From Gemmatimonadota bacterium (lineage in GTDB: Bacteria; Gemmatimonadota; Gemmatimonadetes; Longimicrobiales; Gaopeijiaceae): DNA of 64,000 nt. The DNA is taken from positions 61,018 through 125,017 of the forward strand of contig JBDHHQ010000002.1 of assembly GCA_039589315.1 (NCBI GenBank), in the 5' to 3' direction. The position numbers were made by a program, and so were the translations under genes. Below are positions 35,251 through 44,711 of the stretch, in pieces; position 1 is the first letter of the stretch; each line of letters opens with the position of its first letter. The notes beneath the pieces were generated by a model. It was not told the DNA's origin, ran no database searches, and was given only the letters and a program-made list of their open reading frames with translations.

Positions 35251-36243
35251 CTACCAACGAATGGCGGTGGAGCCCCACGTCAGGCCGGCGCCGAACGCCG
35301 CCGTGAGGACTGTGGAGCCGGGACGCAGAATGCCTTGCTCCTGTGCCTCGTCAAGCGCCACGGGCACCGTGGCGGAGCTCATGTTGCCGTACTTCTCGAC
35401 GTTCACGAAGACCCGGTCCATGGAGATGCCGGCATACTTGGCTGTCGCTTCGATGATGCGGATGTTGGCCTGATGGGGCACGAGAAGATCGACGTCGGCG
35501 GCGGTCAGCCCCGAGCTGCGGAGCGCCTGGTCACAGGCCTCGGCCATGTTCCGCACGGCGTTCTTGAATACCTCTCGGCCGGCCATCTTCACCAGGTGGT
35601 CGCGAGTGGCGAGCACCCCATCATCGATGGGCTGTGCGGCCCCCCCCGCCGGACGGTGCAGTAGGTGAGCCAGGTTCCCATCGGACCGGAGATGGCTCGA
35701 CAGGATCCCCCGGCCATTGGAAGCCCGACGCACGACCGCCGCTCCGCTGCCGTCGCCGAAGAGGACGCAGGTGGAGCGATCTTCCCAATCGACGATCGAG
35801 CTCATCTTCTCCGCCGCGATCACCAGGGCGATCTCTCCCCGGCCGCTGGCGAGGTACCCTTCGGCCATCGAGATGCCGTACAGCCATCCTGTGCAGGCGG
35901 CGTGCAGATCGAACGCCAGCGCGTTGAGCGCGCCCAGGCGCGCCTGAATGTCACACGCAGTAGAGGGAAGCCACCGATCCGGCGTGGCGGTGGACACGAC
36001 GATGAGGTCCACTTCGCCCGCTTCGATGCCCGCCCGCTGCATGGCGATTCTCGCCGCCTCGGTACCCATGTCGGCCGTGAGCATGCCGTCGCCGGCGATC
36101 CGCCGCTCCCGGATCCCGGTACGTTCTCGGATCCACGCGTCGGAGGTATCCACCATCTCTTCCAGGTCCGCGTTGGTGAGTACCCGATCGGGCAGGAACC
36201 TGCCCGTGGCGGCGATCTCGACCGACGGCTTTGGCGTCTTCAT
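35251..36243 (-). CDS. fabH: 3-oxoacyl-ACP synthase III
   Basis: AACTG, PHQANIRII and YGNMSSA. Confidence 0.96.
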   Translation of the reverse strand: MKTPKPSVEIAATGRFLPDRVLTNADLEEMVDTSDAWIRERTGIRERRIAGDGMLTADMGTEAARIAMQRAGIEAGEVDLIVVSTATPDRWLPSTACDIQARLGALNALAFDLHAACTGWLYGISMAEGYLASGRGEIALVIAAEKMSSIVDWEDRSTCVLFGDGSGAAVVRRASNGRGILSSHLRSDGNLAHLLHRPAGGAAQPIDDGVLATRDHLVKMAGREVFKNAVRNMAEACDQALRSSGLTAADVDLLVPHQANIRIIEATAKYAGISMDRVFVNVEKYGNMSSATVPVALDEAQEQGILRPGSTVLTAAFGAGLTWGSTAIRW

Positions 36244-37233
36244 TCAGGCCTCCAGCGAGGCGACGAGCTGTGAGAGCTCTCTCTCGATGTGGGACACCAT
36301 GTTGGAGCGTATCGCTCTGGCCGCAACCCCCAGGGCGTTGTGAATGGCCTTGGGCGGCGACTCCCCGTGGCAGATGATCGACACCCCGTTGACCCCGAGG
36401 AGAGGCGCCCCGCCGTACTCCGCGTAGTCCAGCACCTGGAAGATCTCGGCGAAGTCCAGCTGTTCGGTGGTATGTGACATCTCCCGCTGCAGCAGCGCGA
36501 CCACGAACTCCGCCATGGACTCGTAGAACTTCAGGAGGGTGTTACCCACGAAGCCGTCGCACACCAGGACGTCCAGGTTGCCCTTGATGATCTCACGCCC
36601 CTCCGCGTTCCCGATGAAGTTCAGCTCGCTTTCCGCCAGGAGGGCGTGCGCGCCGGCAGTCGCCTCGTTCCCCTTGCCCTCCTCCTCCCCGATGTTCAGG
36701 AGACCTACCCTCGGCGTTGCCCGTCCCATCAGATCCTGGGCGTAGATATGGCCGACGTGAGCGAATTGAAGGAGCTGGTGCGGCTTGCAGTCGACGTTGG
36801 CGCCCGCGTCGAGCATGAGGACCGGATCGGTGGCCGTCGGCAGCAGGATCCCGATGGCGGGACGCTGTACGCCAGGCAGTGGCCGCAGGACCAGGAGCGA
36901 CGCAGCCATGACGGCTCCCGTCGAGCCGGCGCTCACGAACCCTTCGGCCTCTCCCTCTCTCTGGAGGCGAAGGCCCACCATGATGGAGGAGTTGGGCTTT
37001 CGCCGGACGCTGGCCGCCGGGGCCTCGCCGGTCAGGACTCGCTCGGGCGCATGCTCTATGGTGAGGCGGGTGGCCGGTGCCTCGGGGTGGAGGGCGAGCT
37101 CGGCGCGCAACGCCGTCTCGTCTCCCACGAGAACGACCCGGAGCTCGGGGTCCGCTTCGAGGGCGGACAGGGCACCGGCCACCTCGGGCGCGGGCGCCCC
37201 GTCCGTGCCCATGGCATCGAGCGCGATTCGCAA
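36244..37233 (-). CDS. plsX: Phosphate acyltransferase
   Basis: IALDAMG, SAGSTGA, NIGEEEGKG and DGFVGN. Confidence 0.96.
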   Translation of the reverse strand: MRIALDAMGTDGAPAPEVAGALSALEADPELRVVLVGDETALRAELALHPEAPATRLTIEHAPERVLTGEAPAASVRRKPNSSIMVGLRLQREGEAEGFVSAGSTGAVMAASLLVLRPLPGVQRPAIGILLPTATDPVLMLDAGANVDCKPHQLLQFAHVGHIYAQDLMGRATPRVGLLNIGEEEGKGNEATAGAHALLAESELNFIGNAEGREIIKGNLDVLVCDGFVGNTLLKFYESMAEFVVALLQREMSHTTEQLDFAEIFQVLDYAEYGGAPLLGVNGVSIICHGESPPKAIHNALGVAARAIRSNMVSHIERELSQLVASLEA

Positions 37234-37344
37234 GGCTAGATCCGTCCGGGCCCCGTCCGGGGCATAACGGACCTGCTTCCCTGGCGGGGGGACATGTGAG
37301 GAATCATCTGGGACCGGCCCTCGTGGACCCGTCGGGAGGTCGGA

Positions 37345-37527
37345 TCAGTCCAACTGCACGTCCAGCACCGACCTGCCGCGGTAGTAGCCGCAGCTCGGAC
37401 AGACCCTGTGCGGCATCTTGGGATCCCCGCATCTCGGGCAATCGTGAACCGTGGCCATCGCGGCCTTGTAGTGCGTGCGGCGCTTACGCTTCCGCTGCTT
37501 GGAAACCCGCCTCTTGGGTACGGCCAT
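37345..37527 (-). CDS. rpmF: 50S ribosomal protein L32 (C+ zinc-ribbon type)
   Basis: MAVPKRRVSKQRKRKRR...CPRC...HRVCPSCGYY, 60 aa. Confidence 0.96.
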   Translation of the reverse strand: MAVPKRRVSKQRKRKRRTHYKAAMATVHDCPRCGDPKMPHRVCPSCGYYRGRSVLDVQLD

Positions 37528-37537
37528 CGTTTCGCTC

Positions 37538-38050
37538 TCAGTCGGTCCTAAGGGCCCGTAGGGCGTCCCACCTGGGATCGCGCTCTTCGGTGGCGCATTC
37601 ACATGTCTCGACATTGAGGTCGACGCCGCAACGGGCGCAAAGTCCCTTGCAGCTCGGAGAGCACACCGCGTAGGGCTCCACCGTGAGGACCAGCTCCTCC
37701 CGGATCGGCTCTCCCAGATCGACCTCACCGGCCTTCGGATCGACGGGCCGGACGTCACCGTCCGCCGGCTCCCCCAGGATATCCGGAGCGCCGAACAGGA
37801 ACGAGACCTCAACGTCTACTGGCACATCCACCGGACACAGGCAGCGCCTGCACTCCTGTCCGATGGTCCCGCGAAGGGCTCCCCGTACCAGGTAGTCACC
37901 GCTCGCCAAGCTGGTAGCACTCAGGTCCACGTCCAGCGCGGAGAGGAACCGGAGCCCGGTCCCGTCCCAGAGAGGATCGTTCTCCGGGACGCCCGCCTGG
38001 ACCCGCAGGGATCCCTCCCTCTCCAAATTGGCCAGATCCAGCTTGAGCAT
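37538..38050 (-). CDS. yceD: YceD/DUF177 family protein
   Basis: ECRRCL, CSPSCKGLCARCG and DPRWDAL. Lies upstream of rpmF. Confidence 0.9.
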   Translation of the reverse strand: MLKLDLANLEREGSLRVQAGVPENDPLWDGTGLRFLSALDVDLSATSLASGDYLVRGALRGTIGQECRRCLCPVDVPVDVEVSFLFGAPDILGEPADGDVRPVDPKAGEVDLGEPIREELVLTVEPYAVCSPSCKGLCARCGVDLNVETCECATEERDPRWDALRALRTD

Positions 38051-38058
38051 AGTCGAAG

Positions 38059-38087
38059 AAGGTAGCCGCGACGCCCAGGCGTGTCAA
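38059..38087 (-). promoter_or_regulatory. Sigma-70 promoter of the yceD-rpmF-plsX-fab operon (near-leaderless transcript)
   Basis: TTGACA-17 nt-TACCTT ending 8 nt before the yceD ATG; no SD sequence. Confidence 0.7.
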
Positions 38088-38180
38088 CTTTCCAGGCCTG
38101 TAACTCCAAGCCATGCGGGCAGTTGACCCGCCTGCCGACGTGAGCGACTCGTGGGGGGCCGCCTCGCGGCAGCAGGAGCG

Positions 38181-38600
38181 CTAGGAGTCCAGAAGATCGG
38201 TCGCGGGAAAGAAGAAGCCGACTTCGATGGCTGCGTTCTCGTCGGAGTCCGACGCGTGTATGGCGTTCCGTTCCTTGGACTCCGCGTAGAGCTCGCGGAC
38301 CGTGCCGGGGGCTGCCTCCGCCGGGTCCGTGGCTCCAATGGTCCCCCGGAGCTTCGGCACGGCGTGGTCTGCCTCGAGGACCATGGGCACGATGGGCCCC
38401 GAGGTCATGAACCGGACCAGAGAGCCGTAGAACGGCCGCTCCTTGTGGACTGCGTAGAAGGCCGCGGCCTGTGCCTCGTTCAGCCGAGTCATGCGAAGAG
38501 CTTTGACGGCGAAGCCAGCGCCCTCGAGGTGCGCGATAATCTTTCCGGCGTTGCCTGAGGAGACAGCGTCAGGCTTGATGATGGCGAGCGTGAGGTTCAT
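38181..38600 (-). CDS. ndk: Nucleoside diphosphate kinase
   Basis: IIKPDAV, HKERPFY, PGTVR and NAIHASDS. Confidence 0.97.
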   Translation of the reverse strand: MNLTLAIIKPDAVSSGNAGKIIAHLEGAGFAVKALRMTRLNEAQAAAFYAVHKERPFYGSLVRFMTSGPIVPMVLEADHAVPKLRGTIGATDPAEAAPGTVRELYAESKERNAIHASDSDENAAIEVGFFFPATDLLDS

Positions 38601-38694
38601 GGATTCTCGTCCGTTTCTTCGGGGTTTTGCTATTTGGTGAGGACCTGCCGGGCCGCTGCGCGCCCCGGATCGGAAATCTCCGGTCGCGGGCTCC

Positions 38695-39564
38695 TCAGCT
38701 CATGAACAGGGCCTTGAGCACCGTGTCTCGATGAAGGAACCCTACGAGGACCCCTTCCCTCACGACGGGAAGGGCATTCACGTCGCGGTTGACCATGAGA
38801 TTGGCCGCGTCCACAAGGCTCTGGTCCTCGGACACGCACATGACGGACCGTTGCATTACCTCCCGGGCCACGGCGTCCGTCGGCGCCGATGGCTTCTCGC
38901 CGCCGCTCCGCCAGCGAGGCAGCAACTCCTGCAGCACGTCGCCAGCCGTGATCACGCCCAGCAGCTCGTGAGCCTCTCCCACCACCGGCACCCGGTCCAA
39001 GCCATGGCGCACGATGAGGTCGATGACCGCCACCAGCGCCGTGTCAGGATAGACCCGGAACCGCACCGGCGTGAGCGCGTCCTCGACGAGGAGCCGGCCA
39101 TGCAACTCGGCGTTGAGGGCGTCGGTGAAAGCCGCCGGGTCCACGGGCGAGCGGCTGGTAAGAAGCTCGCGCGTTCGCTGGCTCTCGCGGAGGATACGCG
39201 TGAGGGTCGGCACTACATGGGCCCGGGCCGCCGAAAGGGGGCCGGGGCTGAGCACGAGCACGACGACCCGGGCGGACCCCTCGGCGCCCGACACGTCCAC
39301 GGCGAACGGCTCCTGGGCGAGTCCGACCTTGACGGCCAGGTCCGAGACCAGATCGGTGGACGCCGCGGCGAGAACCACCTCGTCGGTCACGCGAACGACC
39401 TCGCTCTCATCGCTGTCGGCCAGGGCGGTCCAGAGGGCGGCGCCCGCGTCCTGGTCGGGTCCGGCGTCCAGGCCACCGGCCAGGTTGGAGAGGGCTCCGC
39501 GGAAGTCCGGCGCGCTTACCGGGACGGCGATCCACTCGTCCTGCAGGAGGTCGGAGAGCTTCAT
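38695..39564 (-). CDS. Degenerate PTS EIIA-like domain fused to a CBS pair
   Basis: N-terminus MKLSDLL with an EIIA(Ntr/Fru)-like layout. C-terminal CBS pair (RVPVV...GVITAGD; ALPVV...GFLHRDT). GGAGAGG RBS. Confidence 0.75.
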   Translation of the reverse strand: MKLSDLLQDEWIAVPVSAPDFRGALSNLAGGLDAGPDQDAGAALWTALADSDESEVVRVTDEVVLAAASTDLVSDLAVKVGLAQEPFAVDVSGAEGSARVVVLVLSPGPLSAARAHVVPTLTRILRESQRTRELLTSRSPVDPAAFTDALNAELHGRLLVEDALTPVRFRVYPDTALVAVIDLIVRHGLDRVPVVGEAHELLGVITAGDVLQELLPRWRSGGEKPSAPTDAVAREVMQRSVMCVSEDQSLVDAANLMVNRDVNALPVVREGVLVGFLHRDTVLKALFMS

Positions 39565-39652
39565 CCTCTCCTCCGCCGCTGCGGCTCGAGTCGGCACGGT
39601 CGGTCGCCGTCGGTGCGGCGCAGTGCTGTCTCCGCGGCCATGGCGGGATGTC

Positions 39653-40540
39653 TCAGCCGCCCAGGGCGCTCTGAATGAGGCCCACGATGTCCGCGGGCCG
39701 CTGCGCGACGGCGATCCCGTTCTCCTCGAATGCCTTCATCTTCTCTTCGGCCGTGCCGGCTGAACCGCTGATGATGGCTCCCGCGTGCCCCATGCGGCGG
39801 CCAGGGGGCGCCGTTTGACCGGCGATGAAGCCCACCACGGGTACGTCGACGCTCGCCTTCACGAAGGCCGCCGCTTCCTGCTCGTCGGTACCCCCGATCT
39901 CACCGATCATGACGATGGCTTCCGTGTCGGGGTCCTCACCGAAAGCGGCGAGACAGTCGACGAAGTTCGTGCCGATGAGCGGATCGCCACCGATGCCGAC
40001 GCACGTCGTCTGACCGATCCCCGCGTGGGTCAGTTGGATGACGGCTTCGTACGTGAGGGTGCCGGAGCGGGAGATGACGCCGACGGGCCCCGGCGTCACG
40101 ATCTGGGCAGGGATGATGCCTACCTTGGCCGTTCCCGGGGAGATGATCCCCGGGCAGTTCGGGCCCAGCACGCGCACGCCACGGTCTCGAGCGAAGGCGT
40201 GGGCCCGGGCCATGTCCAGGACCGGGATGCCTTCGGTGATGGCCACGACCAGCTCCACCCCCGAGTCCGCGGCCTCCAGAATCGCGTCAGCCGCGAAGGC
40301 GGGGGGTACATACACCACCGAGGTGTTGGCACCGGTCTCCCGAACGGCAGTGTCCATCGTGTTGAACACCGGTACGGACTCGCCGTCTGGGCCTTCGAAG
40401 GCCTGCCCGCCCTTCCCCGGCGTCACACCGGCCACCACCGCCGTGCCGTACTCGATCATCTGGCGGGTGTGAAAGGACCCGTCCCGGCCGGTGATCCCTT
40501 GGACGACCAGGCGTGTGCTCCCGTCTACGAAGATGGCCAT
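39653..40540 (-). CDS. sucD: Succinyl-CoA synthetase alpha subunit
   Basis: [20 protein letters not shown] and MGHAGA. Confidence 0.97.
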   Translation of the reverse strand: MAIFVDGSTRLVVQGITGRDGSFHTRQMIEYGTAVVAGVTPGKGGQAFEGPDGESVPVFNTMDTAVRETGANTSVVYVPPAFAADAILEAADSGVELVVAITEGIPVLDMARAHAFARDRGVRVLGPNCPGIISPGTAKVGIIPAQIVTPGPVGVISRSGTLTYEAVIQLTHAGIGQTTCVGIGGDPLIGTNFVDCLAAFGEDPDTEAIVMIGEIGGTDEQEAAAFVKASVDVPVVGFIAGQTAPPGRRMGHAGAIISGSAGTAEEKMKAFEENGIAVAQRPADIVGLIQSALGG

Positions 40541-40592
40541 TCGCTCTCGCTATTGCGTCCGGTAGTCTCGTGGGCCTCCGTCGCCGCTGACC

Positions 40593-41729
40593 TCACAGCT
40601 CGGCCGCGAGCTTCACGGCGGACTCGACGACCTCGTCCATGGAGTTGGTGGCGGAGAATCCCGCCTCGGCCAGGATCTCGAGGGCCTCTTTCTCGTTGGT
40701 CCCCGTGAGCCGGATCACGATGGGCGGCTTGATGTCGATCCGTCGAGTGGCCTCGACGATGCCCCTGGCCACGTCGTCGCCGCGGGTGATCCCGCCGAAG
40801 ATGTTGAAAAGGATGACTTTCACGTTGGGATCGGCGGTGATGATCTCGAGCGCCGCGACCACCTTTTCGGGGTTGGACGAGCCACCGATATCGAGGAAGT
40901 TGGCCGGCTCGCCTCCGTAGTACTTGACCAGATCCATGGTGGCCATGGCGAGGCCAGCCCCGTTCACGCAGCAACCCACATCGCCGTCCAGCTTGACGAA
41001 GCTCAGCCCGGCCTCGCGGGCCTTGGTCTCGGCCGCGGGCTCCGCGCTCAGGTCGCGGAGATCCTCCAGCGCCGGAACGCGAAACAGTTGGTTGTCGTCG
41101 AGGGTGACCTTCGCGTCGATGGCCTTCACCTCGCCGCCGGGTGTGCTGATGAGAGGGTTGATCTCTGCCATGGACGCCCCATTCCCCGTGAACGCGTCGT
41201 ACAGCTGGCGGATGATCTTGGCCGCCTGTTTGGCCAGCTTGGGGTCGTCGTAGAGGCTATTCGCCAACCAGTAGGCCTGGTGGGGCAAAAGGCCGTACCG
41301 GGGATCCACAGTCAGGCGGCGGATCGCTTCGGGGTTCGTGGCAGCGACCTCCTCGATGTCCACACCCCCCTCCGCCGACACCATGAAGGTGGGCGCCTGG
41401 GTTTTCCGGTCCACCAGAACGCCGACATAGGCCTCCGTGTCGATGTCTTCAGCAGGGGTCACGAGCACCTTTTCGACGGTCAGCCCACGGATCTCCATGC
41501 CCAGGATCGCCTCGGCGTGGGCCCGGGCTTCGTCCGGCGAAGACGCGAGCTTGACGCCGCCGGCCTTCCCCCGTCCTCCGGAGTGCACCTGGGCCTTGAC
41601 CACCACCGTGCCTCCGTATCCGCGGGCGATCGTCTCGGCCTCGGCGCCGGTCTTGGCCACCTCGCCGGGAGGCACCGGGATGCCGGCCGCGCCGAAGAGG
41701 GCCTTGGCCTGGTATTCGTGAAGGTTCAT
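40593..41729 (-). CDS. sucC: Succinyl-CoA synthetase beta subunit
   Basis: MNLHEYQAK, GGRGKAGGV, NGAGLAMAT and ANFLDIGG. Confidence 0.97.
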   Translation of the reverse strand: MNLHEYQAKALFGAAGIPVPPGEVAKTGAEAETIARGYGGTVVVKAQVHSGGRGKAGGVKLASSPDEARAHAEAILGMEIRGLTVEKVLVTPAEDIDTEAYVGVLVDRKTQAPTFMVSAEGGVDIEEVAATNPEAIRRLTVDPRYGLLPHQAYWLANSLYDDPKLAKQAAKIIRQLYDAFTGNGASMAEINPLISTPGGEVKAIDAKVTLDDNQLFRVPALEDLRDLSAEPAAETKAREAGLSFVKLDGDVGCCVNGAGLAMATMDLVKYYGGEPANFLDIGGSSNPEKVVAALEIITADPNVKVILFNIFGGITRGDDVARGIVEATRRIDIKPPIVIRLTGTNEKEALEILAEAGFSATNSMDEVVESAVKLAAEL

Positions 41730-41957
41730 GGCAGTCCGATTCGGTGTCTCGAGGTCACCGCCCGCGCCGGCGGAGGGCGGAACGTTGAAGTGAGCGACGG
41801 ACGCAGTGGTTGTCGCCGCAGCGGAAAAAGCCCGCTCAAGGTACCCAGGGGCGAGGGGTCGATCAACCGGGCAGATTCACATCGTTCGCGACCCGTTCGG
41901 ACGGGCCGAGACGTGGAGCGGGCGCCCTCGTGACGGAGCGAGCCGCCCCCGGAGAGA

Positions 41958-44711
41958 TCAGGCGCCACCTCGGTCTCGAGCGAGCTGCTCCAGCAGGCGG
42001 CGGAGCGCGTCGAGGGACTCTCCGAAGCCCTGGTAGTCGCCCTGCTGGAGCCGCTGTTCGGCCTCGTCCAACCGCTCCAGCGCCTCCTGGGGCCAGCCGT
42101 CGGTCGAATCGCCCGGCACCGTGAGCTGTGGGCCAGCGGACACCTCGTCGAGGGAACCGGCCGCCAGGGTCCGCACCGTCTCTTCCAGACTGGAAGTCAT
42201 GCCCACGCGGCGTCCGTCGCTCACCACGAAGCGACGGAGCTCGGGGATCGCGTCCGCCTCCGCGGCCAGGAAGACGGGCTCCATGTAGAGCATGGTCTTC
42301 CCGACCGGTACCACGTGTAGATGCCCCGACCAGACCTGACTCCCGCCCTGCCGCCAGAGGGAGAACTGCTGGGAAATGTCGGGGTCCTGCTCCACCAGGG
42401 CCTCGACCTGGCGTGGGCCCGGGACCTGGTCCTCGACCGGAACGTCGAACAGGACCAGCTCGCCATATCGGTCGGGGTCGCTGCGCGCGGCCAGGAATGC
42501 GGTCAGGTTCTGCCGGCCGGCCGGTACGAAGACGGTCGACAGGATGAAGGCCGGGTCGTCGTCACCGGGCAGGCGGAAGTGCCCGTATTCGGGCCGATAG
42601 GGCACGGGCCGCGTGCCCTGCGACAGCTCCTGGGGCATGTCCCACACGTCCTGCTGGCCGTGGAAGCGGGGGGCGCCCTCCTGGTGATACTGCCTGAGCA
42701 CTTCGGCCTGCACGGCCAAGAGCGTCCGGGGGTAACGGACGTGCTGCTTCAGGGGCTCGGGCATCTCCTCCAGCGGGTGAAGGAGGTCCGGAAAGGCACC
42801 GGCGATAGCCTGGATGAGCGGATCCTCTTCGTCGACGACGTAGAGCCGGACCTCACCGCTCACGGCGTCGACGGTGATCTTCACGCTGTTCCTGAGGTAG
42901 CTCACGGCCCGACGGGGCTCCAGCAGGTGGGGCGAAGCCAGCGGGAAGTTGCGGGTCGCGGTGAACGCGTCGAGCATCCACACGATGCGGCCGGCGGCGA
43001 CGACCGGGTATGGTCGCTCCGGGTACCGCAGGAAGGGCGCGACCGCCTCGACGCGGCTCTGGACGTCGCGTCGATAGACGAACCGGCTGGACCGACTCAC
43101 CTCGGTGGCGAAGAGCAGGTTCGCGTCCCGGAAGTGCCAGGCGAGCGCCAGGGTTCGGAGCGACGAGCTGAGCGGGATCCCCACCGGGAAATCGACCCCT
43201 GCCTCGCCTTCCACCATCTCGGGACTGGTGAACACGTCGGCGCTGGCGTTGACTACGGCGTACAGCTGCCGACGCGATCCGTAGAAGACCTGTGGCCGCT
43301 CGAGGGCGAGGCCGGGGGGAACGTCCGGGTCGGTGGACAGCAGCGGCGGAATGGCGGAAAGGTGCATCGTCGGGCGCCCTTCCCCACCCTGGAACAGGCT
43401 GCTGGCGACGGCGCCCTGCCCCGCGATGTAGCGCTCGCGCAGGTGGAGGTTCTGCCAGTTCGGGTCTTCGATGCCCTGTGGATCGATCTCCCGAACCGAC
43501 AGCGCCACCGGCTGCACCCCTCCCGGTCCCTCGTACCGGTCGAAGGTCACGTCGGCGAAGTCGTAATAGCGGAAGCGAGCTTCCACCTCGCGGAACGTGG
43601 TGAGCAGCGCGCTCTTGGTCCACACTGGCAGGCCGGTGAACTGGTCGAGGGCCGCCTGCCAATCGACTTCGTACTGAGCGTCGTACTCGTATCGCTCCCG
43701 CTGCAGACGGTCGAGGCCGAAGCCAAGTCGCGTGTACTCGAGGTTGTACTCGATGAAGGGAGTCTCGCGGTCCAGCTCGTTGGGCTCTACGCGGAAGCGC
43801 TGGACCAGGGTCGGATAGAGTTGTCCCAGCAGAAGCCCTCCCCCCACCACCATCACCGCGGCACCGACCACTGGCAGGGTCCGAACGCGCACGGCACCCC
43901 AGGCCACCAGGACCGCGGAGGCCACCGCCAGGATGGTCATGGTCTGGAGGGCCGGAAGCCGCGCGTCGAAATCGGTAAACCCGAAGATCCCCTGGACCTC
44001 ACTGCTCCCGTCCAGCAGGAGCAGGTATCGCGCCAGCCAGAAGCGTACGGCGATGAGCATCAGAAACGCCGCCGCGATACCCGCCAGATGGAGCCGGGGC
44101 ACGTCCGACAGCTCGAGCTTGCCCTCGGCCCACCGGAGCGCCCCGGTCGCCGCATACCCGGCTGCACACACCGCGAGCACCAGGAAGACCAGGACCAGAC
44201 CGAACGTGAGGAGGGCGCCCAGCAGGGGAAGGGCGAAGACGTAGAACGAAACGTCACGGCCGAGAACGGGGTCGGTGATTCCCCACGCCGGCGCGTGCCG
44301 GAGAAGGAGGGCCTGCAGCCCCGCCTCGCCCGGCGCCGCCGCACCGAACCAGAGGCCGAGAAGCGCCGACGTCGCCGCGACGCCCCAGACCACATAGCTC
44401 CGGGGTAGCTGCTCAGAGATCTCCAGGTCGCCGAAGCGGCGTTTGATCTGGATGCCGCCAAGGGTCGAGGCGACGATCCGCAGGTTGACGAGAATCAGCA
44501 CCCCGGACGCCACACCGGCCACGATCCTCGCGCCCCACTCCCAGAGGACGCGACGCCAGAAGATCCCGCTGTACCCGACCTCACGGAACCACAGGATCTC
44601 GACGTAGGCGGCCGACGCCAGCCGCCCCGCGAGAAGAAGCGCCGCCAGCGCCACCGCTCCCAGAACGAGGAAACGCCCGGCTCGACGGGTCGGGAAGCTC
44701 CGATCAGACAT
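41958..44711 (-). CDS. UPF0182 family membrane protein
   Basis: LWFREVGY, DPVLGRDVSFYVF, VEPNE, YLRNSVK and SQQFSLW. Confidence 0.9.
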   Translation of the reverse strand: MSDRSFPTRRAGRFLVLGAVALAALLLAGRLASAAYVEILWFREVGYSGIFWRRVLWEWGARIVAGVASGVLILVNLRIVASTLGGIQIKRRFGDLEISEQLPRSYVVWGVAATSALLGLWFGAAAPGEAGLQALLLRHAPAWGITDPVLGRDVSFYVFALPLLGALLTFGLVLVFLVLAVCAAGYAATGALRWAEGKLELSDVPRLHLAGIAAAFLMLIAVRFWLARYLLLLDGSSEVQGIFGFTDFDARLPALQTMTILAVASAVLVAWGAVRVRTLPVVGAAVMVVGGGLLLGQLYPTLVQRFRVEPNELDRETPFIEYNLEYTRLGFGLDRLQRERYEYDAQYEVDWQAALDQFTGLPVWTKSALLTTFREVEARFRYYDFADVTFDRYEGPGGVQPVALSVREIDPQGIEDPNWQNLHLRERYIAGQGAVASSLFQGGEGRPTMHLSAIPPLLSTDPDVPPGLALERPQVFYGSRRQLYAVVNASADVFTSPEMVEGEAGVDFPVGIPLSSSLRTLALAWHFRDANLLFATEVSRSSRFVYRRDVQSRVEAVAPFLRYPERPYPVVAAGRIVWMLDAFTATRNFPLASPHLLEPRRAVSYLRNSVKITVDAVSGEVRLYVVDEEDPLIQAIAGAFPDLLHPLEEMPEPLKQHVRYPRTLLAVQAEVLRQYHQEGAPRFHGQQDVWDMPQELSQGTRPVPYRPEYGHFRLPGDDDPAFILSTVFVPAGRQNLTAFLAARSDPDRYGELVLFDVPVEDQVPGPRQVEALVEQDPDISQQFSLWRQGGSQVWSGHLHVVPVGKTMLYMEPVFLAAEADAIPELRRFVVSDGRRVGMTSSLEETVRTLAAGSLDEVSAGPQLTVPGDSTDGWPQEALERLDEAEQRLQQGDYQGFGESLDALRRLLEQLARDRGGA

